Assembly (NCBI GenBank): GCA_036374655.1
Contig: DASUTJ010000078.1
Span: 10,542 to 74,541 of the forward strand
Direction: 5' to 3'
Origin: Solirubrobacterales bacterium
GTDB lineage: Bacteria; Actinomycetota; Thermoleophilia; Solirubrobacterales; 70-9
Length of the DNA stretch: 64,000 nucleotides
Shown: in pieces, positions 25,793 through 34,597 of the stretch
Layout: the number at the start of each line of letters is the position of its first letter
Numbering within the stretch: the stretch's first letter is position 1
Made by a program: the position numbers and the translations under genes
Notes under the pieces: generated by a model
Database searches by the model: none
Told to the model about the DNA's origin: nothing
The model's input: the letters and a program-made list of their open reading frames with translations, nothing else

Positions 25793-27469
25793 GTGAGCGA
25801 GTCGACTTCCCTCTACCGGCGCCACCGCCCCGGGTCCTTCGACGAGGTCGTGGGGCAGACGCACGTCGTCCGCACCCTGCGCAACGCGGTCGAGCAGGGC
25901 AAGGTCCACCACGCCTACCTCTTCGTCGGCTCGCGCGGGACCGGCAAGACCTCGATGGCGAAGATCCTCGCCCGCTCGCTGAACTGCGAGCGCGGCGGGC
26001 CGACCGTCACCCCCTGCGGCGAGTGCGAGTCCTGCGTGACGATCGCCGCCGGCACCTCGGTCGACGTGATCGAGATGGACGCCGCCTCGAACCGCTCGGT
26101 CGACGACGTCCGCGACCTGCGCGAGCGGGTCGCCTACGCGCCCACCGGTGGCCGCTGGAAGGTCTACATCCTCGACGAGGCGCACATGCTGACCAAAGAG
26201 GCCTGGAACGCCTTCCTCAAGACGCTCGAGGAGCCGCCGCCGAACACCGTCTTCGTCCTCGCCACGACCGAGTCGCACAAGGTGATGGCGACGATCGCCG
26301 ACCGCTGCCAGCGCTTCGACTTCCAGCGCCCCTCGCTGGAGCAGATCTCCGAGGTGCTGAACCGGGTCGCCGCGGCCGAGTCGATCCAGGTCGACGAAGG
26401 GGCGGTGGCGATGATCGCCCGCTCGGCCTCCGGCAGCTTCCGCGACGCGCTCGGCACCCTCGACCAGCTGGTCGCCTTCGGCGGCGAGAACGTCGAGCTG
26501 AAGGACGTCCTGGAGATGCTCGGCGCCGCCGATGCCGACCTGCTCTTCGAGGCGGTCGACGCGGTCGTCGCCGAGGATCCAAAAGGGGTCCTGATCGGGG
26601 TCGAGCGGATGGCCCGCTCCGGCCGCGACCCGTCCCAGTTCGCCCGCGACCTCCTCGCCCACCTGCGCCACCTGCTGATCGTCCAGACGACCGGCGAGGT
26701 GCCAACCAGCTTCGTGGTGACCGCCACCGACACCGGCCGCATGCAGGCCCAGGCGGCCGCGATCAAGCCGGCGAATCTGATCCGCACCATCGACCAGCTG
26801 GCGGATGCGCTGACTGCAGTTCGCGAGGGCGACGACGCGCGCATGGCAGTGGAGATTGCTCTGCTCAAGGCATCCAGGCCGGATCTAGACCCCGACACTG
26901 CTGGACTGCTGCGAAGGGTCGAGCGTCTGGAGAGCGGGGGCGCAGGGGCCGCGGGTCCTGTCACGGCAGATGCGCCGCCGGTTGACGACCCACCCCCAGC
27001 GGAAGAGGAAGAGGCCGAAGACGTCCCTCCGGTGGGTGGCGACGATTCCGAGGACTCTCCCGGTAGGGAGAGCCCGGAATCGGAGACAGGACCCGCCGGC
27101 CAGGAGCCTTTGTCCCTAGAAGATGTTCAGCGCGTGTGGCCCGCCGTCTTGCACAAGCTGAGTGAGACGGCGCCTGCTCTCGCTTCCTGCTTAGAGGGAG
27201 CCCGCCCCGTGAGCTTTGGCGATGAGGGACTTCAGATCGGGTTCCCCCCAGACAACACCTTCAACAAACGCAAGGCGGACAGTTCGGACCGCCGGGATAC
27301 GGTGGCGGCGGCGTTTGCCGCGGTGACCGGGACGGGGTTGCGGCCCACTTATGTGCTGCTGGAGGGGGAGGCGCCGCCGGACACGCCGGCCCCGGGCAGC
27401 GAGGAGATCGACGAGGAGCAGCTGCTTGAGCGGCTGAAGAGCGAGTTCGACGCGGAGGAGGTCGGTTAG
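25793..27469 (+). CDS. dnaX: DNA polymerase III subunit gamma/tau
   Basis: 558 aa. Walker A GSRGTGKTS, zinc module CGECESC, SRC-type box and an acidic/Pro-rich C-terminal region. Confidence 0.92.
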   Translation: MSESTSLYRRHRPGSFDEVVGQTHVVRTLRNAVEQGKVHHAYLFVGSRGTGKTSMAKILARSLNCERGGPTVTPCGECESCVTIAAGTSVDVIEMDAASNRSVDDVRDLRERVAYAPTGGRWKVYILDEAHMLTKEAWNAFLKTLEEPPPNTVFVLATTESHKVMATIADRCQRFDFQRPSLEQISEVLNRVAAAESIQVDEGAVAMIARSASGSFRDALGTLDQLVAFGGENVELKDVLEMLGAADADLLFEAVDAVVAEDPKGVLIGVERMARSGRDPSQFARDLLAHLRHLLIVQTTGEVPTSFVVTATDTGRMQAQAAAIKPANLIRTIDQLADALTAVREGDDARMAVEIALLKASRPDLDPDTAGLLRRVERLESGGAGAAGPVTADAPPVDDPPPAEEEEAEDVPPVGGDDSEDSPGRESPESETGPAGQEPLSLEDVQRVWPAVLHKLSETAPALASCLEGARPVSFGDEGLQIGFPPDNTFNKRKADSSDRRDTVAAAFAAVTGTGLRPTYVLLEGEAPPDTPAPGSEEIDEEQLLERLKSEFDAEEVG

Positions 27470-27814
27470 GTGGCACGTGGAGGCGGACCCGGAGGCTTTG
27501 ACATCCAGGGCCTGATGAAACAGGCGCAGCAGATGCAGGCCGAGATGATGGAGGCGCAGGAGAAACTCAAAGACGAGGTCGTCGAGGCGAGCGCCGGCGG
27601 CGGCATGGTCAAAGTGAAGATGGGCGGCGACCTGACCCTGCGGGAGATCGTCATCGACCCCGAGGCGATCGATCCCGAGGACGCGGAGATGCTGCAGGAG
27701 ATGGTCCAGGCGGCCGTCAACGAGGGCCTGCGCGCGGCGCAGGAGCTCGCCAGCTCGAAAATGGGCGGCATCGCCGGCGGCGACCTCGGCGGCCTGGGGG
27801 GCATGCTCGGTTGA
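27470..27814 (+). CDS. ybaB: Nucleoid-associated protein YbaB/EbfC
   Basis: 114 aa. LMKQAQQMQAEMMEAQEKL ... GGGMVKVKMGGDLTLREIVIDPE. Canonical position between dnaX and recR. Confidence 0.88.
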   Translation: MARGGGPGGFDIQGLMKQAQQMQAEMMEAQEKLKDEVVEASAGGGMVKVKMGGDLTLREIVIDPEAIDPEDAEMLQEMVQAAVNEGLRAAQELASSKMGGIAGGDLGGLGGMLG

Positions 27815-28410
27815 GCGAGGGACCGGCACCGCTGGCCCGCCTCGTGGCCGAGCTCTCGCGGTTGCCGGGGATCGGCCAGCGGACCGCACAGCGGCTCGCG
27901 TTCCACCTGCTGCGCGCCCCCGACGAAGAGGCCTTCGCCCTCGGCGAGGCGATCCGCGAAGTGAAGGAGAAGGTCGGCCTCTGCGAAGAATGCTTCAACC
28001 TCGCCGAGGGTCCGCTGTGCCGGATCTGCGCCGACCAGAACCGCGACCGGGCGACGATCTGCGTGGTCGAGGAGCCGGCCGACGTGATCCCGATCGAGCG
28101 CACCCACGAATACCGCGGCCTCTACCACGTGCTCGGCGGCGCCCTCTCGCCGATCGACGGCGTCGACGTCGAAGACCTGAAGATCGGCGAGCTGCGGCGG
28201 CGGGTCGAACGGGGCGGGATCGACGAGGTCGTGCTGGCGACCAACCCGACCACCACCGGCGAGGCCACCGCCCTGCACATCGCCGACATGCTGCGCGGTC
28301 AGGTGACGGTGACGCGGCTGGCCAGCGGCCTCCCCGTCGGGGCCGACCTCGAGCACGCCGACGAGGTAACGCTCGGCAAGGCCCTGGCGGGCCGGAGAAG
28401 TCTGGAATAA
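27811..28410 (+). CDS. recR: Recombination protein RecR
   Basis: 199 aa. HhH LPGIGQRTAQRLAFHLL, C4 zinc finger CEECFNLAEGPLCRIC, Toprim region VVEEPADVIPIE. Confidence 0.95.
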   Translation: MSEGPAPLARLVAELSRLPGIGQRTAQRLAFHLLRAPDEEAFALGEAIREVKEKVGLCEECFNLAEGPLCRICADQNRDRATICVVEEPADVIPIERTHEYRGLYHVLGGALSPIDGVDVEDLKIGELRRRVERGGIDEVVLATNPTTTGEATALHIADMLRGQVTVTRLASGLPVGADLEHADEVTLGKALAGRRSLE

Positions 28411-28502
28411 GCGGATAAACACATTCGTCCTGGACGAGTGTCGAGCCGCAAATAGCGCCTTTTCGGAAATCCGCTGTCCGGGGCTTTCGCCAAGGTCACT
28501 GC

Positions 28503-29234
28503 GTGCCTGACCAGCCGCAGCCCGATCGCCGCAGGAGCGACCGCTCCAGCGCGGGCCGGATCGCGCTCAAGGTCTCCGAGCTGCACGCCGATCTCCTAAG
28601 AAGCTTGCACGAGGAGATTGGCACCAATGGGGAGCCCTTCCTCCAAGCCGCACAGCGGCTGGCGGGGGAGTTCGGCTCGGTAACCGCCGCGGCGATCGAC
28701 GCCGCGCAGCCGGCCACGTCGGCGGCACCGCCCGTGCCCGCCCCCGAGGAGCCCGGCGAACTGCCGAGCCTCTACCGGCCCGGCCACATGCGCCGCCGGC
28801 TCGAGCAGCTGCTGGAGACCAACCGGCGCTACAAACATCCCTTCGGGCTCGCGGTCTTCGACGCTTCCGGGCCCGGCACCCGGCCCGGCGACGTCGCCGG
28901 CGGCCAGGAGACGGTGCTCTCGATCGTCGGCGCCGCGCTGCGCGACAGCATTCGCATCGTCGACGAAGCCTTCCGCCTCGAGGAGGACGCGATCTGCGTC
29001 CTCGCCCCGAACCTCGGCACGGTCGAAGGGGTGCAGATGTGCGAGCGGCTGCTCGGGCTGCTCGACGACCTGGAGAAAGCCGGAGGCCTGCGGATCACCG
29101 TCTCGGCCGGGGTCGTCGCCTGCCCTGAGCACGGCACCGACGCCGACGAACTTCTGCACAAGGCAGACGCGGCAATGTGGCGCGCACGCGCGGTGGGGCA
29201 GCCCGTGGGCGTGGGCGCCTTGCAAGATCGCTAA
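28503..29234 (+). CDS. GGDEF-like domain protein with degenerate active site
   Basis: The C-terminal about 150 aa align to the GGDEF fold (RRYKHPFGLAVFD ... RIVDEAFRLEEDAICVLAP ... ITVSAGV ... LLHKADAAMWRARAVG). The GG[DE]EF position reads EEDAI, while RxxD (RIVD) is retained at the I-site position. GTG start is uncertain. Confidence 0.65.
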   Translation: MPDQPQPDRRRSDRSSAGRIALKVSELHADLLRSLHEEIGTNGEPFLQAAQRLAGEFGSVTAAAIDAAQPATSAAPPVPAPEEPGELPSLYRPGHMRRRLEQLLETNRRYKHPFGLAVFDASGPGTRPGDVAGGQETVLSIVGAALRDSIRIVDEAFRLEEDAICVLAPNLGTVEGVQMCERLLGLLDDLEKAGGLRITVSAGVVACPEHGTDADELLHKADAAMWRARAVGQPVGVGALQDR

Positions 29235-29345
29235 CAGTTTCTGCGAAATCCGTCGATAACCGGTGTAAACCCGCGGAACCGGTGGGAGAATCCTCATCCG
29301 GCGCGAAAAGCGCTGCACCGCCACCCGATCGACCCTCTTATCTAA

Positions 29346-30185
29346 ATGCCTGGAATCCGCACCAACGCCGCCGCCGAAGTCCTCGGCGTGAGCCCCAACA
29401 CCCTGCGCAGCTGGGAGCGTCGCTACGGCTACCCGAAACCGAAGCGGACCGAAGGCAATCACCGCAACTACGAGCTGGTCGAGCTGCAGGCGCTGCGCGA
29501 TGCTCTGGGGGAGACCGGCAACATCTCCTCGGCGATCGAGCTGGCGCGCCAGCGGCAGGAGGCGCCCGCCAACGACGGCAGCCTCTTCGCCGCCTTCGAG
29601 AGCTTCGACGAGACCGCCGCCGACCGCGCCGTGGAGGAAAGCCTCGCCATGCGCTCGCTGGAGCGGACCGTGGAGGAGCTGCTGCTGCCGGCGATCGACA
29701 AGCTCGCCGCCGACCCCGAGCGCGAGGCTGAGCTGGAGTTCGCCGCCCGCTGGGCGACCGGTTGGCTGCACGGCGCCCGTCGCCTCGCCTCCGCCGCCGC
29801 CCGGCCCGCCGGGATCTTGCTGCTGGACTCGAGTCACGGCCAGGACGCCGAGGAGGTCTATACGCAGGCGCTCGACCTGGCCCTGCGCCGCGCCGGCTTC
29901 CGCGTCCTCGTGCTCTCCAACGAGCTCGGCGACGAGCGGCTCGACCGCGCCCTCGGCGCCCTCGACCCGACCGCGATCGTCCTCTGCGGCCCCGGCGCCG
30001 ACACCCAGAGCGCCGTCAAGCTGGTCCGCAAGATCCGCGACCTCGGCTTCGTCGCCCCGCTCTACGGCTACCGTGCCGACGGCCTGATCGGCGCCGCCGT
30101 CCCCCCGGCCGGCAACCGGCCGAGCGAGGTCACCGGGATGCTCAACGCCGATCTGCGGCGTCGAGCTTCTCAGGCTTTCGCATAA
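29346..30185 (+). CDS. MerR-family regulator with C-terminal B12-binding-like (CarH/LitR-type) architecture
   Basis: N-terminal MerR HTH (AAEVLGVSPNTLRSWERRYGYPKPKRTEGNHRNY), then a helical bundle and a Rossmann-like module (ILLLDSSHGQDAEEVYTQALDLALRRAGFRVLVL). The canonical Wx9EH residues are not evident. Confidence 0.65.
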   Translation: MPGIRTNAAAEVLGVSPNTLRSWERRYGYPKPKRTEGNHRNYELVELQALRDALGETGNISSAIELARQRQEAPANDGSLFAAFESFDETAADRAVEESLAMRSLERTVEELLLPAIDKLAADPEREAELEFAARWATGWLHGARRLASAAARPAGILLLDSSHGQDAEEVYTQALDLALRRAGFRVLVLSNELGDERLDRALGALDPTAIVLCGPGADTQSAVKLVRKIRDLGFVAPLYGYRADGLIGAAVPPAGNRPSEVTGMLNADLRRRASQAFA

Positions 30186-30239
30186 GTCTTCCCGCTGCGT
30201 GCAACACCTGACCCTCCCCGGAGGTCATTCACGCCAGCG

Positions 30240-30854
30240 ATGGAGGATTTGACGCTCAGCGAGAGAGACGCGGTCACCGCGCGGGTCTTCCGCGCCAACC
30301 GGGGCGACCGGGACGCGCGGGAGTGGATCGCCAGTCGCGCCTACACCGCCGGATTGCGGCTCGCGACCTTCTCGCTGGGCGATCCGAACCTGGCGCAGGA
30401 CGTCGGCCAGGAGGTGGCGATCCGGGTTCTGCGCGGGCTGCCGAAGCTCCGCGACGCGTCCCGGTTCGACGCCTGGACCTACCGGATTTGCGCCGGCGAG
30501 ATCAAGCGCGCGGCGAAGAAACGTCAGCGCCACGACTGGCACCCCTACGACGCCGCCGAGGGCGAACTGCGGGTCGAGGCGACGTTCGCCGAGAGCCTGG
30601 GCGAGCGCGACTGGGTGGTTCGGGCTCTGGCCGAGCTGAGCGAGAGGCAGCGCCTGGTCCTCGGCCTTCACTACGTCTACGGGCTGAACGACAGGGAGAT
30701 CGCGGCGGTCATCCGCTCGCGCCGCGGCACCGTCAGATCGCTCCTGAGCAGGGGTTTGGCCCGTCTTCGGGAGCAGGCGGAGAACGAAGGGGAAAGCGAT
30801 CGCGGCTCCGAAGCGGCGGTCGGTCAACGCACTCGCGAGGAGGCAGTCGGATGA
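30240..30854 (+). CDS. ECF-type sigma-70 family sigma factor
   Basis: 204 aa. Region 2 (DVGQEVAIRVLRGLPKLRDASRFDAWTYRI) and region 4 HTH (LSERQRLVLGLHYVYGLNDREIAAVIRSRRGTVRSLLSRGLARLR). Confidence 0.78.
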   Translation: MEDLTLSERDAVTARVFRANRGDRDAREWIASRAYTAGLRLATFSLGDPNLAQDVGQEVAIRVLRGLPKLRDASRFDAWTYRICAGEIKRAAKKRQRHDWHPYDAAEGELRVEATFAESLGERDWVVRALAELSERQRLVLGLHYVYGLNDREIAAVIRSRRGTVRSLLSRGLARLREQAENEGESDRGSEAAVGQRTREEAVG

Positions 30855-31531
30855 ATCAGGCAGACGTCCAGAAGGCCCTGAAGGAGCACGCCAAGGCGAT
30901 CGGAGACCTGCAGCCGGACCCCGAGCGGATCCACGTCGCCGTCCTCGGCGCGGCGCGAAAGGCTCCCGGCCGCCGTTGGACGCCGCTGGTGACCGGCATC
31001 GTCTGCCTGCTGCTGGGAGCCGCCGTGGCGACCGCCGCCACCGGGTTGCTGGACCCGGCCCTGGAGTCCTTCCTCCATGGCGGCAAGTCCCCGGGCCGGC
31101 AGCTCTCCGGAAAAGCGCTGCCCAGCTGGCTGCGGCCCGCTCCCGGCTACAACGCCCCCGACGAAGTCTCGGTGGTGGCGTCGTCCGGCGAGGAGCGTCT
31201 TCTCGCCTACCGTCAGCGGGGGTGGATCTGCTTCGACTACGGCAGTCACGCCGGCGAGTGCCGCACCCCGCGCGAATGGCGGAGGGACCTGGAAAAGGCC
31301 CCGTGGATTCTGCGCGGCCCGGTGGGCAGATCGGTCTGGTTCGGCCTGGTCGATGCGAGCGTCGCCCTGGTCAGGGTCGAATACCGGGAAGGGGGGACGA
31401 CGGACGTGCTCGTCCGCAACGGCGGCTTCGTGCTCGACGCCGACCGCGCTCGCGACCCGCAGCGCCTAGTCGCCCTCGACGCCTCGGGTGACGAGATCGT
31501 CTCCGCTCCCGTCGTGTATCCGACCCGCTAG
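30851..31531 (+). CDS. Putative anti-sigma factor / single-pass membrane protein
   Basis: ATGA overlap with the sigma gene stop. 226 aa with one TM (WTPLVTGIVCLLLGAAVATAATGLL) and an extracytoplasmic domain. The call rests on position only. Confidence 0.45.
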   Translation: MNQADVQKALKEHAKAIGDLQPDPERIHVAVLGAARKAPGRRWTPLVTGIVCLLLGAAVATAATGLLDPALESFLHGGKSPGRQLSGKALPSWLRPAPGYNAPDEVSVVASSGEERLLAYRQRGWICFDYGSHAGECRTPREWRRDLEKAPWILRGPVGRSVWFGLVDASVALVRVEYREGGTTDVLVRNGGFVLDADRARDPQRLVALDASGDEIVSAPVVYPTR

Positions 31532-31534
31532 AGC

Positions 31535-33679
31535 TCAGGCCCCGGAGCCGTCGGCCACGGGCGGCGCCGTCTCGCTTATTCCCCAGCGCTCGTGCAGCCG
31601 TCGCAGCGGCGCCGGCGCCCACCAGTTCCACTTGCCGAGCAGCTCCATCAGCGAGGGGACGAGCAGGGCGCGGATGATGCTGGCGTCGATCAGGACCGCC
31701 AGCGCCGTGCCGACGCCGTTCTCCTTGATGAAGATGATCTGCGAGGTGGCGAAGGCGCCCATCGCGACGGCGAAGAGCAGCGCCGCGGCGGTGACGATCC
31801 GCCCGGTCCGCTCCAGCCCGATCGCCACCGACTCGGAGTCGGAGGCGCCGTTGTCGCGCGCCTCCTTGATCCGCGAGAGCAGGAACACCGCGTAGTCGGT
31901 CGAGAGGCCGAAGGCGACCGCGAAGAGCAGGATCGGCATCGTCTGCTCGATCGCCCCCGGGCTCGAATAGTCGAGGAAGCCCTCCAGTCGGCCGTCCTGG
32001 AAGATCAGCACCAGCAGGCCGAAGACGGCGCTGAGGTTGAGGAAGTTCATGATCAGCGACTTGATCGGCAGGATCACCGAGCCGGTCATCAGGAAGAGGA
32101 CGATCAGCGTCGAGACGATCACGATCGCCAGCGCGATCGGCAGGTGCTCGGCGAGGCTCGACTGAAAGTCGATGAAGTCCGCCGTCGCGCCGCCGACCAG
32201 GACCTCCGTGCCGGGCGGCGTCTTCAGGTCGCGGATTTCCTTCACCGTGGTCTGGCTCGCCTCGGAGATGAACGGGTCGGCGGAGGTGACCTGTAGCGCG
32301 GTAACCCCGGGGGAAAGCTGCTGCGGGGGTGCCACGTCGGCGACCCCCTCGACCCGGCTCACCCGGGCCGCGAACCGCTCCGCGCCAGCCGGGCCGCTGC
32401 CTTCGACGTCGATCCAGATCGGCGTTTCGCGGTAGGGCGGGAACTGCGAGCTGACGGTGTCGTAGGTCTGGCGCGCGCTCGCCGACTCGGGCAGCACCGT
32501 CGGGTCGACGGTGTCGAACTTGATCTGCAGGAAGGGCAGGCCGAGGACGATCAGGAAGAGGGCGGAGAGCGTCGCGATCGGCAGCGGCCGCCGCATCACG
32601 AAGCGGGAGAGCCGGTACCAGAAGCCGTGTTCGTCGGGCCGGGCGTCGGCCGCGGCCCGGCGCTGGAGGAACTTCGGCGCGCCGGCGTTGACCCGGTTGC
32701 CGAGCAGGGTGAGGACGGCCGGCAGCACGGTCAGCGAGATCAGCGCCGCGAACAGCGCCACCAGGGCTCCGCCGAGGCCCATCGAGTAGAGGAAGCGCTG
32801 CGGGAAGACCAGCAGCGAGGCGAGCGCCGCCGAGACCGTCAGCGAGGAGAAGAAGACCGTCCGCCCGGCGGTCGCCAGGACGCGTTTCATCGCTTCCAGC
32901 CCCGGCCCGGTCTTGGCGATCTCCTCGCGGTAGCGGGAGACGATGAAGAGGCTGTAGTCGATCGCCAGACCCAGCCCGAGCGCCGTGGTCAGGTTGAGGG
33001 CGAAGATCGAGATCGAGCCGACTTCGCTGGCCAGCCGCAGGATCAGGAAGGTGCCGACGATCGCCAGGCCGCCGATCATCAGCGGCAGGACAGAGGCGAC
33101 GAGGCTGCGGAAGAAGAGCAGCGAAAGCAGGAAGAGCAGTGGGAAGGCGAGCAGCTCGGCCTTTTTCAGGTCTTCCTCGACCTGCTTGTTGACCTGCTCC
33201 TGGGCGACCGCGGCGCCGCCGACGAGGACTCCGGGCTCTTCGTTGAGTTCGTCGGCGATCTCGGCGCCCGCCTCCTGCCACGGCTTGTCTTCGGTGGCCT
33301 TCAGCGCCACCGCGAAGTAGGTCGACTGGCCGTCGTTGGAGACGAAGGCCTTGGAGCGGGTGTCGTAGTAGCCGGTCACCGAGGCGACGTCGGGGCGGTC
33401 GCGCACCTGCTGCTCGAGCGCCTCGACCCGCTGCCGGGTCGCCGGGCTGGCCACCGGCGCGTCCTCGACCACGGCGATCACCGCAGGGATGCGCAGGCCG
33501 GCTTCCTCCAGCCGGTCCATCGCCTGCACGGTCTCGGTCGCCGGGTCGTCGGCGCCGTAGGGGTCGAGCCGGTCGGCGACGCCGCCGCCGACCGCTCCCG
33601 CCACGAGGAAGAAGACGAGCGCCAGCAGGGCCACCCGTTTCGCCTTGCCGTTTGCGAGCTGCGCCAGGTAATCGAACAT
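31535..33679 (-). CDS. MMPL-family (RND superfamily) transporter
   Basis: Start MFDYLAQLANGKAKRVALLAL at 33679 inside track ORF 31535..33751 (1-nt overlap with the padR stop). Two 6-TM bundles with GLGLAIDYSLFIVSRYREE and GLSTDYAVFLLSRIKE motifs. Confidence 0.88.
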   Translation of the reverse strand: MFDYLAQLANGKAKRVALLALVFFLVAGAVGGGVADRLDPYGADDPATETVQAMDRLEEAGLRIPAVIAVVEDAPVASPATRQRVEALEQQVRDRPDVASVTGYYDTRSKAFVSNDGQSTYFAVALKATEDKPWQEAGAEIADELNEEPGVLVGGAAVAQEQVNKQVEEDLKKAELLAFPLLFLLSLLFFRSLVASVLPLMIGGLAIVGTFLILRLASEVGSISIFALNLTTALGLGLAIDYSLFIVSRYREEIAKTGPGLEAMKRVLATAGRTVFFSSLTVSAALASLLVFPQRFLYSMGLGGALVALFAALISLTVLPAVLTLLGNRVNAGAPKFLQRRAAADARPDEHGFWYRLSRFVMRRPLPIATLSALFLIVLGLPFLQIKFDTVDPTVLPESASARQTYDTVSSQFPPYRETPIWIDVEGSGPAGAERFAARVSRVEGVADVAPPQQLSPGVTALQVTSADPFISEASQTTVKEIRDLKTPPGTEVLVGGATADFIDFQSSLAEHLPIALAIVIVSTLIVLFLMTGSVILPIKSLIMNFLNLSAVFGLLVLIFQDGRLEGFLDYSSPGAIEQTMPILLFAVAFGLSTDYAVFLLSRIKEARDNGASDSESVAIGLERTGRIVTAAALLFAVAMGAFATSQIIFIKENGVGTALAVLIDASIIRALLVPSLMELLGKWNWWAPAPLRRLHERWGISETAPPVADGSGA

Positions 33680-34227
33680 CAACCGTTCCTTTCCTCGTGA
33701 GCGGAATCGAGAAGCTGCGCCTCCATCCGCTCGCACCAATCGACGAACCACTGCGAAAACTCCAAGCCTCCCTGCAGGACGATCATCGGGAAGGGGTCCT
33801 CGATCTCCCCTTTCAAATCCTCGATCGCCTTCAGCTGTTGATGGACGGCGAGCCGCTTGGCTCGCATCGCGCGCAGGATCTCGACCGCCTCGTCCCGCGG
33901 CAGCGCGTTGGCGAAGAAGAGCTTCAGCAGCCCTTCGTCGCGCATCTCGAAGGTCTCGGGCGTCTGCCGCAGCCAGGCCCGCAGCTCCTCCTCGCCGTCG
34001 GCCGTGATCTCGTAGATCGTCCGTTTACGGCCACCGGTGGGGGAGTCGGAGCCGGTGATCAGGCCCGCTTCCGCGAGCCGTTTCAGCTCCGGGTAGATCT
34101 GCCCGTAGCTGGCCGCCCAGAAGAACCGGGTCGAGTTGTCGACCAGCGCTTTGATCTCGTACCCCGACCGCGGTTCGTTGCGGACGAAGCCGAGGATCAC
34201 GTAGGCCGTCGGGCTCAGCTGCTCCAT
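33679..34227 (-). CDS. PadR-family transcriptional regulator
   Basis: 182 aa. YVILGFVRNEPRSGYEIKALVDNSTRFFWAASYGQIYPELKRLAEAGLI. Confidence 0.85.
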   Translation of the reverse strand: MEQLSPTAYVILGFVRNEPRSGYEIKALVDNSTRFFWAASYGQIYPELKRLAEAGLITGSDSPTGGRKRTIYEITADGEEELRAWLRQTPETFEMRDEGLLKLFFANALPRDEAVEILRAMRAKRLAVHQQLKAIEDLKGEIEDPFPMIVLQGGLEFSQWFVDWCERMEAQLLDSAHEERNG

Positions 34228-34238
34228 GTCGCGATCTT

Positions 34239-34257
34239 ATATATCGCTTCGATATAT
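34239..34257. promoter_or_regulatory. AT-rich 8-3-8 palindrome upstream of padR (candidate operator/promoter)
   Basis: atatatcg-ctt-cgatatat lies 12 nt upstream of the padR ATG. Striking in a GC-rich genome. Confidence 0.45.
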
Positions 34258-34330
34258 CGTCAAGTGTGATCAGGGTCACGTTATGGTCAGCGCTCGGTGT
34301 TCAAAGACCAGCAGGAGGAAGGAGCTTCGG

Positions 34331-34567
34331 ATGTCGCTTGACCAGAGCAAGGTCGGCCGGGTCGTGGCCGAACAGATGGAGGCGATCGAGAACGACTACG
34401 GCGACGACTGCGAAATCGGCGACGTCTGCACGATCGTCGAGGTGGTCGGTCCGCACGGCTCGCACGTGCGGGTGCGGAGCAGCGACATGCGGCCGCACAG
34501 CGGCCTCGGCCTGATCCGGATGGCCGAACAGGCGATGCTGGGGAACCTAGGGGGCTCGGCCGAGTAA
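34331..34567 (+). CDS. Small hypothetical protein (78 aa)
   Basis: ATG preceded by AGGAGGAAGGAG, very high GC3. No recognisable motif. Ends 30 nt before ask. Confidence 0.5.
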   Translation: MSLDQSKVGRVVAEQMEAIENDYGDDCEIGDVCTIVEVVGPHGSHVRVRSSDMRPHSGLGLIRMAEQAMLGNLGGSAE

Positions 34568-34597
34568 GAAGCCGGCGGTGACTATCCTCAGGCGTCC

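Noticed and set aside
26570-26590. Possible programmed frameshift or slippage site in dnaX (ccaaaagggg)
   Set aside because: In the zero frame it reads CCA AAA GGG, which is not an X XXY YYZ heptamer. There is no long A run and no downstream stem-loop of note.
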